From a bacterium (GTDB lineage Bacteria; Patescibacteriota; Patescibacteriia; Patescibacteriales; XYC2-FULL-47-12), in the NCBI GenBank assembly GCA_030698385.1, contig JAUYLZ010000033.1:9905-73904 (forward strand): 64,000 bases of DNA. Direction: 5' to 3'. This document shows positions 30,135-38,752 of this stretch, one piece after another (within the stretch, counting starts at the first letter, position 1; every line of letters begins with the position of its first letter). The notes under the pieces were generated by a model, which saw nothing but the letters and a program-made list of their open reading frames with translations, ran no database searches and was not told the origin of the DNA. Position numbers and translations under genes: made by a program.

Positions 30135-31052
30135 TTATACCTTTAAATATTTTCCAACAGCCAAAAGTGAGGCGACAATATTTATAATGGCCGCTATCAA
30201 AAATTGAATGCCAAAAATCTTAATGAAATTATCCTGAAAGTATCCAACCAATTGCAAGTTCCCTGCCTCGAAAAAAGCCCCCAAGTACGGCTGCAATAAA
30301 TGCACAAATGGATAAAATATTAGAATTATTCCCAAAACACCGCCAAACGCGTATAATATTGCCTCAGCTAAAAATGGCGCGCGAATGAACCAATTGCTCG
30401 CGCCCACCAGCTTCATAATTCGAATTTCTTTTTGATGCGTGTAAATGGCAATGCGAATAGCGTTAAAAACAACCAGAATTGTAATCGCGCCAAAAATAAT
30501 GCTGATCAAAATCGCAACCTGCTGAGCCTTGTAGGTAATATTTTGCATGCTGGTTAAAAGGCTTTTGTGATCGTCAAAATCTCGGCTCTCAATAATATTA
30601 TTTTTGCTCAAATTATCCAGCGAAGCAATCACTTTTTCATAATCAGGCAATTTTCGCGCGCTTACTACCAAGCTTGGATTAAGCGGATTGTTGCCCAGTT
30701 CTCGCAGTGATTCTATAATCTCAGAATCGTCTTTGTGCTTGAACTGAAAAGCCTCCAGCGCCTGCGCTTTGGAAATATATTCAACACCGGTAACCTCTGG
30801 CAAAAGCGTCAATTCATTTTTTAATACGCCGATGTCTTCTTCATTCGCATCCGTGGCTAGGTAAAGACTGAGATCGATTTTACTTTCTACCGATGCAATG
30901 GCGGCTTGTGAGACTACGCCGACGATGATTAAAAAGTTTATGGAAAAAAGCGACAAAATTAAAATAGTAATCGTGATCAGCGACAGCCAAAAGTTCCGGA
31001 AAAAATCCTGAAAGGCGAACTTTACTATTCTGATGAATGAGAGGATGACCAT
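30135..31052 (-). CDS. ftsX: Cell division permease FtsX
   Basis: YISKAQAL, NPLNPS, EIRIMKLVGASNWFIRAPF. Confidence 0.95.
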   Translation of the reverse strand: MVILSFIRIVKFAFQDFFRNFWLSLITITILILSLFSINFLIIVGVVSQAAIASVESKIDLSLYLATDANEEDIGVLKNELTLLPEVTGVEYISKAQALEAFQFKHKDDSEIIESLRELGNNPLNPSLVVSARKLPDYEKVIASLDNLSKNNIIESRDFDDHKSLLTSMQNITYKAQQVAILISIIFGAITILVVFNAIRIAIYTHQKEIRIMKLVGASNWFIRAPFLAEAILYAFGGVLGIILIFYPFVHLLQPYLGAFFEAGNLQLVGYFQDNFIKIFGIQFLIAAIINIVASLLAVGKYLKV

Positions 31053-31135
31053 GGGAAAATTTTTAATTTCTAATTGACCTAATTTCTAAAAAATTCTAAT
31101 GTCTCAATGTCTAATATTAATATCTTCTTTTTGTT

Positions 31136-32542
31136 TTAAATTTCTTTTATTGAACTTATTATTCTTTGATAAACATTAATTAGTTGACTTTGATCACTTT
31201 CAACTGCCGAAAATCTAAGCGTTAAAATAAATTTGTTGTTAGAAACTAGACCAACAGTCAGAATTTGAGTATTCAACATAGCCTCATTAACAAGACTTTC
31301 ATCGTCATAAAAAATTAATTTGTGTAACTTTATTCCGTCGTCACTCCTAACAACGCTTTTATCTTTAAATGGTAAAGCAAATTCGTAATCTAAATTTTCA
31401 TCTAAATTATCAAAATTAAAATTTTGCCAATTTTCTTGGACTAAAACCTCCATTAACACTCCTTTAACTAACTCACTAGCATTACTCACAAAATTCTCTG
31501 ACTTAATGTCTGCTATTTTTGAAAACTGATTAACCGAATTTAAAATCCATTCTTTCGGATACTGAAACTCAAATCCATACTCCCCATTCCGATAGGTTTG
31601 CCAATCACTTGTATCAATGTCAGCTGTGTCGTTACTGTCTATAAATTTGAAAGTTAAAATAATTTTATCAACTAAACCTCTATCTTCTCCAGCTTGTAAA
31701 TAGCTGGAATATCTAACGAGCTTGCCGTCTATGACCACGGCAATATCATCAGAATGAACTGCTGTGCATGTGTATTTAAAAAACTTTGCTGAATTATTAT
31801 TTATAACAACATCACTAACATTTTCAATACAACTTTCAATTTCACTTATATAATCGTCTGTGTTATTAAACTCTGGAATTACTTTTATACTTAGAGTTGG
31901 TGGAGGAACAAAATCCCCTATTAACTGTTTAGCTCTGTTAGGTGAATAATATGCCTCTTTTTGTTTTACCCAATCTTTTGGCATACTTACTTCAAATCCA
32001 TACTCCTCATTCCGATATGTTTCCCAGTCCTTCGTTGAAACTTCGGACTGCAAGCCCAAGTCATTAATTTCTGTGCCTAATAATTCAAAACTCTCGGCCA
32101 TAGCGTTGATGATGTCACGGTACTGGAACGCGCCGCGCAGAATGTATTGTAAATCGTCTTGCGTGCTAACTACTTTGAGATAACCGTCATAACGCAACTC
32201 CGCCGTAATGTCAACGGCCAAAAGCTCAACCGGATAATCTCTTCCCTTGTTCAAAGCTTCTTCACTCATGGTAAAGCCAAAAAAATACTTAACCGGCGTC
32301 TGCTCGGCGCTCACATCGCGCTGCCACCACCATCCTTGCGGCAACTTCATACTGAAGCCCTCGCTCTCGCGCGCGAGCGTCTGCCATTTGGCTAAATCAC
32401 CAACGGGGACTTGGGCAACTTGCTCGTTCTGTGCGGCAATTCCCCTGTCTTTAGCGACTGGAATTTCCCCCGCCTTCAAACAACCGGATAAAATAAACGC
32501 GGCGGCAAGGATTAAAATGGATGTTTTAAAAAATTGAGACAT
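31136..32542 (-). CDS. Modular lipoprotein with three PsbP-like (WxTY..GF) modules
   Basis: Lipobox ILSGC; repeated W(E/Q)TYRN(E/G)EYGFE motifs. Confidence 0.75.
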   Translation of the reverse strand: MSQFFKTSILILAAAFILSGCLKAGEIPVAKDRGIAAQNEQVAQVPVGDLAKWQTLARESEGFSMKLPQGWWWQRDVSAEQTPVKYFFGFTMSEEALNKGRDYPVELLAVDITAELRYDGYLKVVSTQDDLQYILRGAFQYRDIINAMAESFELLGTEINDLGLQSEVSTKDWETYRNEEYGFEVSMPKDWVKQKEAYYSPNRAKQLIGDFVPPPTLSIKVIPEFNNTDDYISEIESCIENVSDVVINNNSAKFFKYTCTAVHSDDIAVVIDGKLVRYSSYLQAGEDRGLVDKIILTFKFIDSNDTADIDTSDWQTYRNGEYGFEFQYPKEWILNSVNQFSKIADIKSENFVSNASELVKGVLMEVLVQENWQNFNFDNLDENLDYEFALPFKDKSVVRSDDGIKLHKLIFYDDESLVNEAMLNTQILTVGLVSNNKFILTLRFSAVESDQSQLINVYQRIISSIKEI

Positions 32543-32561
32543 TGGAATTTTTGATTAATTG

Positions 32562-33506
32562 TTAATTTTCTATGAACTTAAAACTTGAGGCAATGCCGTC
32601 TTGAAAATAAGTGTCCGTCCAGTTGTCTATGACAATTGAAATTAAATTGCCGCCGTCTATTACCTGCAACCAATACCAGTCGCCATAATTCACTGTTGTC
32701 AACAGCGCTTTTTTACCGCCAAGAGTAATTTCTCTTTTGGCAATACGGTCGGCGGCCAAACCGCCTTCATTATTTGGACCGCGGCCGCGCTTGTCATAGT
32801 TGTACAAAATTTCGGCCACATCCGTTGATTGGGTTGTCTCAATTTTCAAAAAATCCGGCGACACGAAACATGATATTTCGCCGCAGAACTCCAGATAAAA
32901 AACAGCGCCATCTTTTTTGTCTTCATAAATTTTTACCTGAGACGGGTATTTGAATTCAAAGCCATACTGATCATTCCGGTAAACCGGCCAACTTGTTATA
33001 TCCACGTTTTCATCAAGAAATTTAAAACTATCAATCATGGCGTTAATGATATCGCGATACTGGCGGCCGCCGCGCAAGACATACCGCGCGTCATCTCTGA
33101 TCATAAATGTTCGCAGATAGCCATCATAGCCCCATTCAGATCCGTCAGTGGTTATTAAAAATTCAACCGGATAATTCGCGCCTTTTCCCAAAGTCTCCTG
33201 GCTGGGCGCCAGTCCGAGAAAAAATGAAGTTTCCGGCGTTTCACCATCCCAGTCTCTTTGCCAGTACCAGCTTTGCGGATACTTAATGACAAAATTTTCA
33301 CTTTCTCGCTTCAGCGTCTGCCACTTGGCCAAATCACCAATGGGTACTTGCTCTGTATCTTTTTGTTTCGGCGTTATAAAACTCTCACCGGTATTAACTT
33401 TTTTCTGGCAACCGGATAATAATACTATTATTACCAAAATTAAAAAAATTATTCCTAGTTTCCTAGCCATTAATTTTTTGTAAAAAATCTGAAAATTAAA
33501 AATCAT
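32562..33506 (-). CDS. Paralogous modular lipoprotein with two modules
   Basis: Lipobox LLSGC; shares QVP(I/V)GDLAKWQTL...QYRDIINAM with its neighbour; WPVYRNDQYGFEFKYP. Confidence 0.75.
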   Translation of the reverse strand: MIFNFQIFYKKLMARKLGIIFLILVIIVLLSGCQKKVNTGESFITPKQKDTEQVPIGDLAKWQTLKRESENFVIKYPQSWYWQRDWDGETPETSFFLGLAPSQETLGKGANYPVEFLITTDGSEWGYDGYLRTFMIRDDARYVLRGGRQYRDIINAMIDSFKFLDENVDITSWPVYRNDQYGFEFKYPSQVKIYEDKKDGAVFYLEFCGEISCFVSPDFLKIETTQSTDVAEILYNYDKRGRGPNNEGGLAADRIAKREITLGGKKALLTTVNYGDWYWLQVIDGGNLISIVIDNWTDTYFQDGIASSFKFIEN

Positions 33507-33516
33507 AAACCTAAAA

Positions 33517-34203
33517 TTAAAGCAGATACTTCCCTTTCTTCTGATCAGAAATCACCCGCCCGCCGTCAATGGTAATGACGCGGCGGCGCAGGCTATTCAC
33601 GACTTCTTTGTTGTGCGTAACCAAAATTATCGTGGTTCCCAATCGATTAATTCGCTCCAGCAGTGAAATAATATCAGCGGCATTAATTGAATCCAAATTT
33701 CCGGTCGGTTCATCAGCGAGCAGAATTTTTGGCCGGTGCACGAGCGAGCGCGCGATGACTACGCGCTGTTGCTCGCCGCCGGAAACTTCAGACGGGTAAC
33801 GGTGCATCTTGTGTTCCAATCCGACCAGTTTGAAAACCTGCGGTACAATCGCTTTTATCTGCGATGGCACATGTCCGCAAACCTGCATGGCGAAAGAAAC
33901 ATTTTCAAACAAGGTTTTCTTCGGCAACAGTTTAAAATCCTGAAAAACAACGCCGATCTGGCGCCGCAAATAAGGTATTTCGCGCTGTTTAATATGCGTT
34001 ATGTCCCAGTCGCCGAGAATTATCTTTCCTTGGCTGATGCGCTCCTCTCCGATCAGAGCTTTCACCATAGTGGTCTTGCCGGTGCCTGACTGTCCGACAA
34101 TAGAAACAAACTCTCCCGGTCCAATAAACAGACTGAGATTATTCAGCGCCTTGATGTTCGGCGGATATATTTTTGTTACATTTTCAAAAGTAATCATGTT
34201 CAA
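33517..34203 (-). CDS. ftsE: Cell division ATP-binding protein FtsE
   Basis: GQSGTGKT, IPYLRRQIGVVFQDFKLL, SGGEQQR, DEPTGNLD. Confidence 0.96.
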   Translation of the reverse strand: MNMITFENVTKIYPPNIKALNNLSLFIGPGEFVSIVGQSGTGKTTMVKALIGEERISQGKIILGDWDITHIKQREIPYLRRQIGVVFQDFKLLPKKTLFENVSFAMQVCGHVPSQIKAIVPQVFKLVGLEHKMHRYPSEVSGGEQQRVVIARSLVHRPKILLADEPTGNLDSINAADIISLLERINRLGTTIILVTHNKEVVNSLRRRVITIDGGRVISDQKKGKYLL

Positions 34204-34285
34204 GAGATTTTGTACGGATTTAATTATGTTTGCGAACCATTAATACGAATCGTTTTAAGTATCTAAATGTTCGTGCAGCTATGCG

Positions 34286-34325
34286 CCTGCCTGCCGCCTG
34301 CCTGCCGGTAGGCAGGGCAGGCAGG
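34286..34325. repeat. Nested 20-bp REP-like palindromes
   Basis: cctgcctgccg[cctgcctgccggtaggcagg]gcaggcagg. Confidence 0.85.
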
Positions 34326-34459
34326 AATGCCGCGAATGCACTTAACGTTAATTTATACATTTTCAAACATTTCTTTAAAATTTACTAATTATAAAAAATT
34401 TATCATTGTATATAGCGCTAGAAGTGTATTCCAAAGCAAGAAGCCAGCAACCGGAATCA

Positions 34460-34771
34460 TTAAAATAATGGCCTTGATACGAAATCGAATATATAGTAAA
34501 TGGTCGCAGAATAAATTAAAAAAATTACTATTGTTAACATGGCCTTATTTCTAGTTGGAATATTTTTATTCAAGACGGTGGTAATAGATAAAGATGCTAT
34601 TAATGGAACAACTATAAAAACCACAAAGAATATTGATAATGCTTCAAAGTCCTTAAATGAATTTAACTCTGAAATTTCTCTACCATTTTTTAAAATAGTA
34701 AGAATTGATATTATAATAGTAAAGACAAAAATAGTTAGAAAAACAAATAATAATCTTTTTAATTTATTCAT
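34460..34771 (-). CDS. Hypothetical membrane protein
   Basis: Start moved to ATG 34771 (MNKLKRLL) to avoid overlap with the upstream gene; 3 TM segments. Confidence 0.6.
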   Translation of the reverse strand: MNKLKRLLFVFLTIFVFTIIISILTILKNGREISELNSFKDFEALSIFFVVFIVVPLIASLSITTVLNKNIPTRNKAMLTIVIFLIYSATIYYIFDFVSRPLF

Positions 34772-34796
34772 AATTAAACGCTTAAATTTTGCATAA

Positions 34797-36371
34797 CTAC
34801 CGACGCATTGCGTAACGCAATAAATCGGCAACTTCATTAAAGCTCTGATCTCTGGTTCGCGCGCCAAATAGCACGGCTACTAAATTTCTGTCTGCAAATT
34901 TTGCCTTGGTCATCAGGCAATAGCCGGCTTCGTCCAAATAGCCGGTTTTGCCGCCGGTTATATAAAAATCATCAGCTAGCAATCTGTTTGTATTTCGGAT
35001 GTTAAATTTCTTTTTCTCTTTAATTGTTTCAAAGGCGTATTCTTTCAGTGTCGTCACCTCAAGCAGTCTAATATCTTTAAGAACCTCTTTGCTTATTATA
35101 ACATAATTTGACACTGTTGACACATTTTGTGGAGCTAAACCGGTTGGTTCAATAAAGACGGTGCTGGTCGCTCCCCAGGAATGGACTTTTTCATTCATTT
35201 TGTTGATAAAATCACCACGCTCTAGCCCGCTAACTCTGACCAATGTCTCAACCGTATTATTTGTTGAGGCCATTAAAGAGGTGTAGAAAAGATCTTTTAT
35301 CTTTAGTTCATCATTATCAGCGATGCGTAAACGCGCCGCTTCATACTTATCCACATGAGCATGAGTTATTTCTTCGTCAATATTTTTGTAAGCCACTATT
35401 TTTTCAAAATCCGGATTAGTGTCTAAAAAAACACTCGCTGATATCAGCTTGGTCAAACTGGCCAAAGGCAATGCTTGGTCAATATTTTTTTCGTAAATTA
35501 TCTCATCAGTATCTACATCTTTTACAACGGCCGCTACCGATGCCACCTCCGGTAATAAGCCGATTTGATCTATTTTTATACCCATTATTCGTCCGGAGTC
35601 TTGCGTTATTTGCAAAGGCTCTATTGAAACATTGATAATGCCGGCGCCAAGCGGAGCTAGTTTTTCAAAAGCGACTTTGTCCAGGTCTATTACTCTGCCG
35701 GGATGCAACGCGCGATCCGGCCCGTAGTCATTGACTTCCACATCGACAAATTTTGAATTGTCATAATTCCAAACGCGCAAGATAGATCCCTTGGGAAAAT
35801 CAGGCGAAGCGGCAAAATTACCGCTTTTATAACCATACCAACTGGCATTGCCGCTGCCCATAATCTCGGGGTTGGAAAAAACAGCGATGCGCGCAAAGGG
35901 CAGATGGATGTAAGCTCGAACCATGTTCTCACCGACATAATCGCGGGTCGGCAATGGCCGCCAGGCGTTAAAACCTTTGTCAAAAAAATACACTTGTTTC
36001 ATGTCTGTGCTGGCGCCACCATACTTCATCTGAATAATAAAAGGTATGTTATTGTCGTAGGCTGATTTGTTGCGAAATTCAAACTGATAAATTTCACTGA
36101 CTCTATCCATTGACCATGGCTCGTCAATTGGTTCATGCAACTCTGCGACATCAACGCCGGTTGCCTCGTTGAGAATCCCCGGAGTTAGTGAAAGTTTTAG
36201 CGCGCCATCAAAAGCGTTTACCGTATAACCTTTGGAAATTGTCGGCTCATCCAAATTAATAAAAAAAGACTTATTTTGCGCGACTGCTTCGGTTTGCGCG
36301 TTTACGGCGTTAAAAGTAAAAAAAATAAGACCTGAGATTATTAATACTTGCCAGAATTGATTTTTTTTCAT
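34797..36371 (-). CDS. RlpA-like DPBB domain + D-Ala-D-Ala carboxypeptidase (S11) fusion
   Basis: GNASWYG, VNDYGP, VIDLD (RlpA); SLTK, STN, KTG (PBP motifs). Confidence 0.88.
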   Translation of the reverse strand: MKKNQFWQVLIISGLIFFTFNAVNAQTEAVAQNKSFFINLDEPTISKGYTVNAFDGALKLSLTPGILNEATGVDVAELHEPIDEPWSMDRVSEIYQFEFRNKSAYDNNIPFIIQMKYGGASTDMKQVYFFDKGFNAWRPLPTRDYVGENMVRAYIHLPFARIAVFSNPEIMGSGNASWYGYKSGNFAASPDFPKGSILRVWNYDNSKFVDVEVNDYGPDRALHPGRVIDLDKVAFEKLAPLGAGIINVSIEPLQITQDSGRIMGIKIDQIGLLPEVASVAAVVKDVDTDEIIYEKNIDQALPLASLTKLISASVFLDTNPDFEKIVAYKNIDEEITHAHVDKYEAARLRIADNDELKIKDLFYTSLMASTNNTVETLVRVSGLERGDFINKMNEKVHSWGATSTVFIEPTGLAPQNVSTVSNYVIISKEVLKDIRLLEVTTLKEYAFETIKEKKKFNIRNTNRLLADDFYITGGKTGYLDEAGYCLMTKAKFADRNLVAVLFGARTRDQSFNEVADLLRYAMRR

Positions 36372-36440
36372 AGTATGATAGTTAGTTAACTGATTAGGTA
36401 TAATGATAATATTTTAGTACTGCAATGCTAATACTCTAAA

Positions 36441-36627
36441 ACGGGTATAGTATAATGATAGTATGTGACCTTCCCCCGTCTGACACAGCCTGAGCGAGCG
36501 AGATTAGTACAGTGGTAGTATATCGGCTTCCCAAGCCGAGGACGCCAGTTCGATCCTGGTATCTCGCTCAGTCCGGCGATGGCGGGCAGGCAAGGTTGAG
36601 GCACGAGTCCGATTCCCGTTACCCGCT
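36441..36627 (+). pseudogene. Decayed tRNA-Gly(CCC) split in the anticodon by a 116-bp insertion
   Basis: Joining 36441-36474 to 36591-36627 gives a 71-nt cloverleaf with loop TT-CCC-AA and lesions at G1, the D-loop GG and the T arm. Confidence 0.85.
36498..36568 (+). tRNA. tRNA-Gly(CCC)
   Basis: GCGAGAT/ATCTCGC acceptor stem, TCGGC-TTCCCAA-GCCGA anticodon arm, GTTCGAT T loop. Confidence 0.95.
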
Positions 36628-36699
36628 CTGGTAATTTCAGATTTCAAATTTCAGAATGAAAAATATGTTATTTTGAAATTTGAAATTTACGTTTAAAAC

Positions 36700-36775
36700 G
36701 CCGAAATAGCTCAGCTGGTAGAGCAATGCTTTCGTAAAGCAGAGGTCGGGAGTTCGAATCTCCCTTTCGGCTCCA
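36700..36775 (+). tRNA. tRNA-Thr(CGT)
   Basis: GCCGAAA/TTTCGGC acceptor stem, TT-CGT-AA loop, GTTCGAATC, encoded CCA. Confidence 0.96.
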
Positions 36776-36779
36776 TTAT

Positions 36780-38552
36780 TTAATTCTGTATTAAGATCAA
36801 AACTTTCGCGTTAGTCTTCATTTCTGTCAAATACTGATCCAAATTGTAATTTGTATACATGGAAATCTTCTTCAGCCAATACTCGACGCCGGCGCGCTGA
36901 GTTTTTTTATCATAGAGCTTCACGACATAATACGCGCCCTCTTCCCGAATAATATCGCTAACCTCGTTTATATCCAAATCCGCGGCGACTGCCTGTAACT
37001 GCCCGCTCATATTGTTAAATTTAACAAAACCAATATCACCGCCGCGCTGCGCCTGTTCGTCCTCGCTGTATTTTTCCGCCATCTCTTCAAACTCAACATT
37101 ACCTCTGCTCAACAACTTCAATACTTTTTTCAGCCGCAAGGCAACTGACTTATGAATATCATCATCCTGGATAAAGCTGACGTTAATTTTATCTTTTAAC
37201 ACATGATAGTAAATTACTTTTTCCAAAAATAACTCCTTGGTCAAACCATAGTCATTGTATATTACATCGGTGTAATCTTCCGGCACTTCATAAGCGCTCT
37301 CATAATAATTATATTTATCAATTAAATCTTGATCCGAAACTGTAATATCGTATTTGTCAGCTAATGTGTCCAGAAGTCTTTTTTCAATCATTGCGTCCAC
37401 AATCAAATCTTTAGCCAAAAACTCACCGGCATTTTCATCTGTAGCTTGGTAATACTTTGACAACAAACGAAAATCATCCAAATATGAGGAGTAATAAATT
37501 GGTTTCCAATCCACTAAAATCGCCGGAAACGGCAGCTTGCTGATCAAAATTCTCCTCAACGCTCCGGCATCTTTTGAATAATAAACAACATACCCAAGAG
37601 CAACCAGAATTAAGATCAAAATAATTAACAGCAAAAATAAAGAAGCGACAATTTTTTTAAAATTATTTTTTAGATAAAAAACTATCTTTTGTCTTTTTTC
37701 TCTTCGCCTGATTTTTTGCCGTTCTCTTTGTTTTTGTCTTTCCTCTTTTTTCTGCTTCAATGCTTCCGCTCGGAGCCTTTTCTCCTCCTTCAGCCTGATC
37801 TGATTTTCCGCTATGTGTTTTTTTTGTGTCTCTTGATCTTGCCTTCTTTTCAGCTCGTCTGCTGCTTGTTTTTTCTTTAACTCACCCGCTTTTTGCGCCA
37901 GCAACATTGATCTTTCTTCTTTGATTTTTTGGTAATTTTTTTGCGCGTTTAACTTCATTTCTAAAGACAGTTGCCTTTTTTTCTCTAAATTTTTTCTTTT
38001 TTCATCTTTTCTCTTCTGTCTGGCCGCGATATGTTCAACTTTTAGACGCGCCTTGGCCGCGAGTTTGCGCTGTTTATCAGCGCTTAAATATTTTTCGTTT
38101 TCAGACGATTGAAAAAGCACGTTTTCACTTTTTACATTATCAAGTGATCGCAAGCCGGCAATTTTTTTTTCCTGACGCAATTTTTTATTTAGACTTCTTT
38201 TTTCAACTCCCCGCGACCAGCGTTCTTTTCTTTTCTGAATCTTTTCCGCGTTGTAAATAGAACCAAACCATGAACTCAAACCTTTGTTTTCCGGGTCGCT
38301 AATTGCTTCGTTCAAGCTCTCGGCAATTTCTGATTTTTCATCTTTTTCATCTTTTTTGTACTTTTTGCTGGTTATTATATTGTTAATTTTTTTACCATCA
38401 GACAATTCTTTTGGCTTTTTTCTTTGCTTAGGCGCTTTTATTTCGTTTGTCTGCCCGGCAATAAAAGAATCTAGCGTTTCATCCGCGCTATTTGTTTGAT
38501 CAGTGCTTTTCTGCTTTTTGATAACTTTTACGCCATCAACACTTCTTAGCAT
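36780..38552 (-). CDS. PrsA/SurA-like peptidylprolyl isomerase with a long basic N-terminal region
   Basis: FEEMAEKYSED...GGDIG parvulin motif after a TM segment. Confidence 0.85.
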   Translation of the reverse strand: MLRSVDGVKVIKKQKSTDQTNSADETLDSFIAGQTNEIKAPKQRKKPKELSDGKKINNIITSKKYKKDEKDEKSEIAESLNEAISDPENKGLSSWFGSIYNAEKIQKRKERWSRGVEKRSLNKKLRQEKKIAGLRSLDNVKSENVLFQSSENEKYLSADKQRKLAAKARLKVEHIAARQKRKDEKRKNLEKKRQLSLEMKLNAQKNYQKIKEERSMLLAQKAGELKKKQAADELKRRQDQETQKKHIAENQIRLKEEKRLRAEALKQKKEERQKQRERQKIRRREKRQKIVFYLKNNFKKIVASLFLLLIILILILVALGYVVYYSKDAGALRRILISKLPFPAILVDWKPIYYSSYLDDFRLLSKYYQATDENAGEFLAKDLIVDAMIEKRLLDTLADKYDITVSDQDLIDKYNYYESAYEVPEDYTDVIYNDYGLTKELFLEKVIYYHVLKDKINVSFIQDDDIHKSVALRLKKVLKLLSRGNVEFEEMAEKYSEDEQAQRGGDIGFVKFNNMSGQLQAVAADLDINEVSDIIREEGAYYVVKLYDKKTQRAGVEYWLKKISMYTNYNLDQYLTEMKTNAKVLILIQN

Positions 38553-38567
38553 AAACTATTTTTTAAC

Positions 38568-38752
38568 TATAGACATCACATTCCAAGAATTGATTTAGAA
38601 CGCCGGAAAAATTGTGGTAGGCGCAGTTTTGGAGCGTAGAAAATTTTGAGCCGTAGTCCCGCGTCTGCGGGATGAAAAATTTTCTAGCGAAAAACAAGCC
38701 AGCCGCGATTTTAACAAGTTATTGAGTCCATTCTTGGAATGTGAGGTCTATA
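38568..38752. mobile_element. MITE-like element, 185 bp
   Basis: 23-bp terminal inverted repeats (22/23 match), internal nested hairpins, no ORF. Confidence 0.8.

Noticed and set aside
34772-34867. Extended starts in the ORF track (34867, 39238, 53340, 54530, 56100)
   Set aside because: They overlap neighbouring genes or promoters; downstream ATGs fit better
36475-36590. Insert as a group I or canonical tRNA intron
   Set aside because: Too short for a group I core, lies within the anticodon, and the outer tRNA has inactivating mutations; splicing is not excluded experimentally
36441-36775. Prophage or integrative-element att site at the tRNAs
   Set aside because: No integrase and no duplicated tRNA 3' end; the two Gly tRNAs differ throughout their stems
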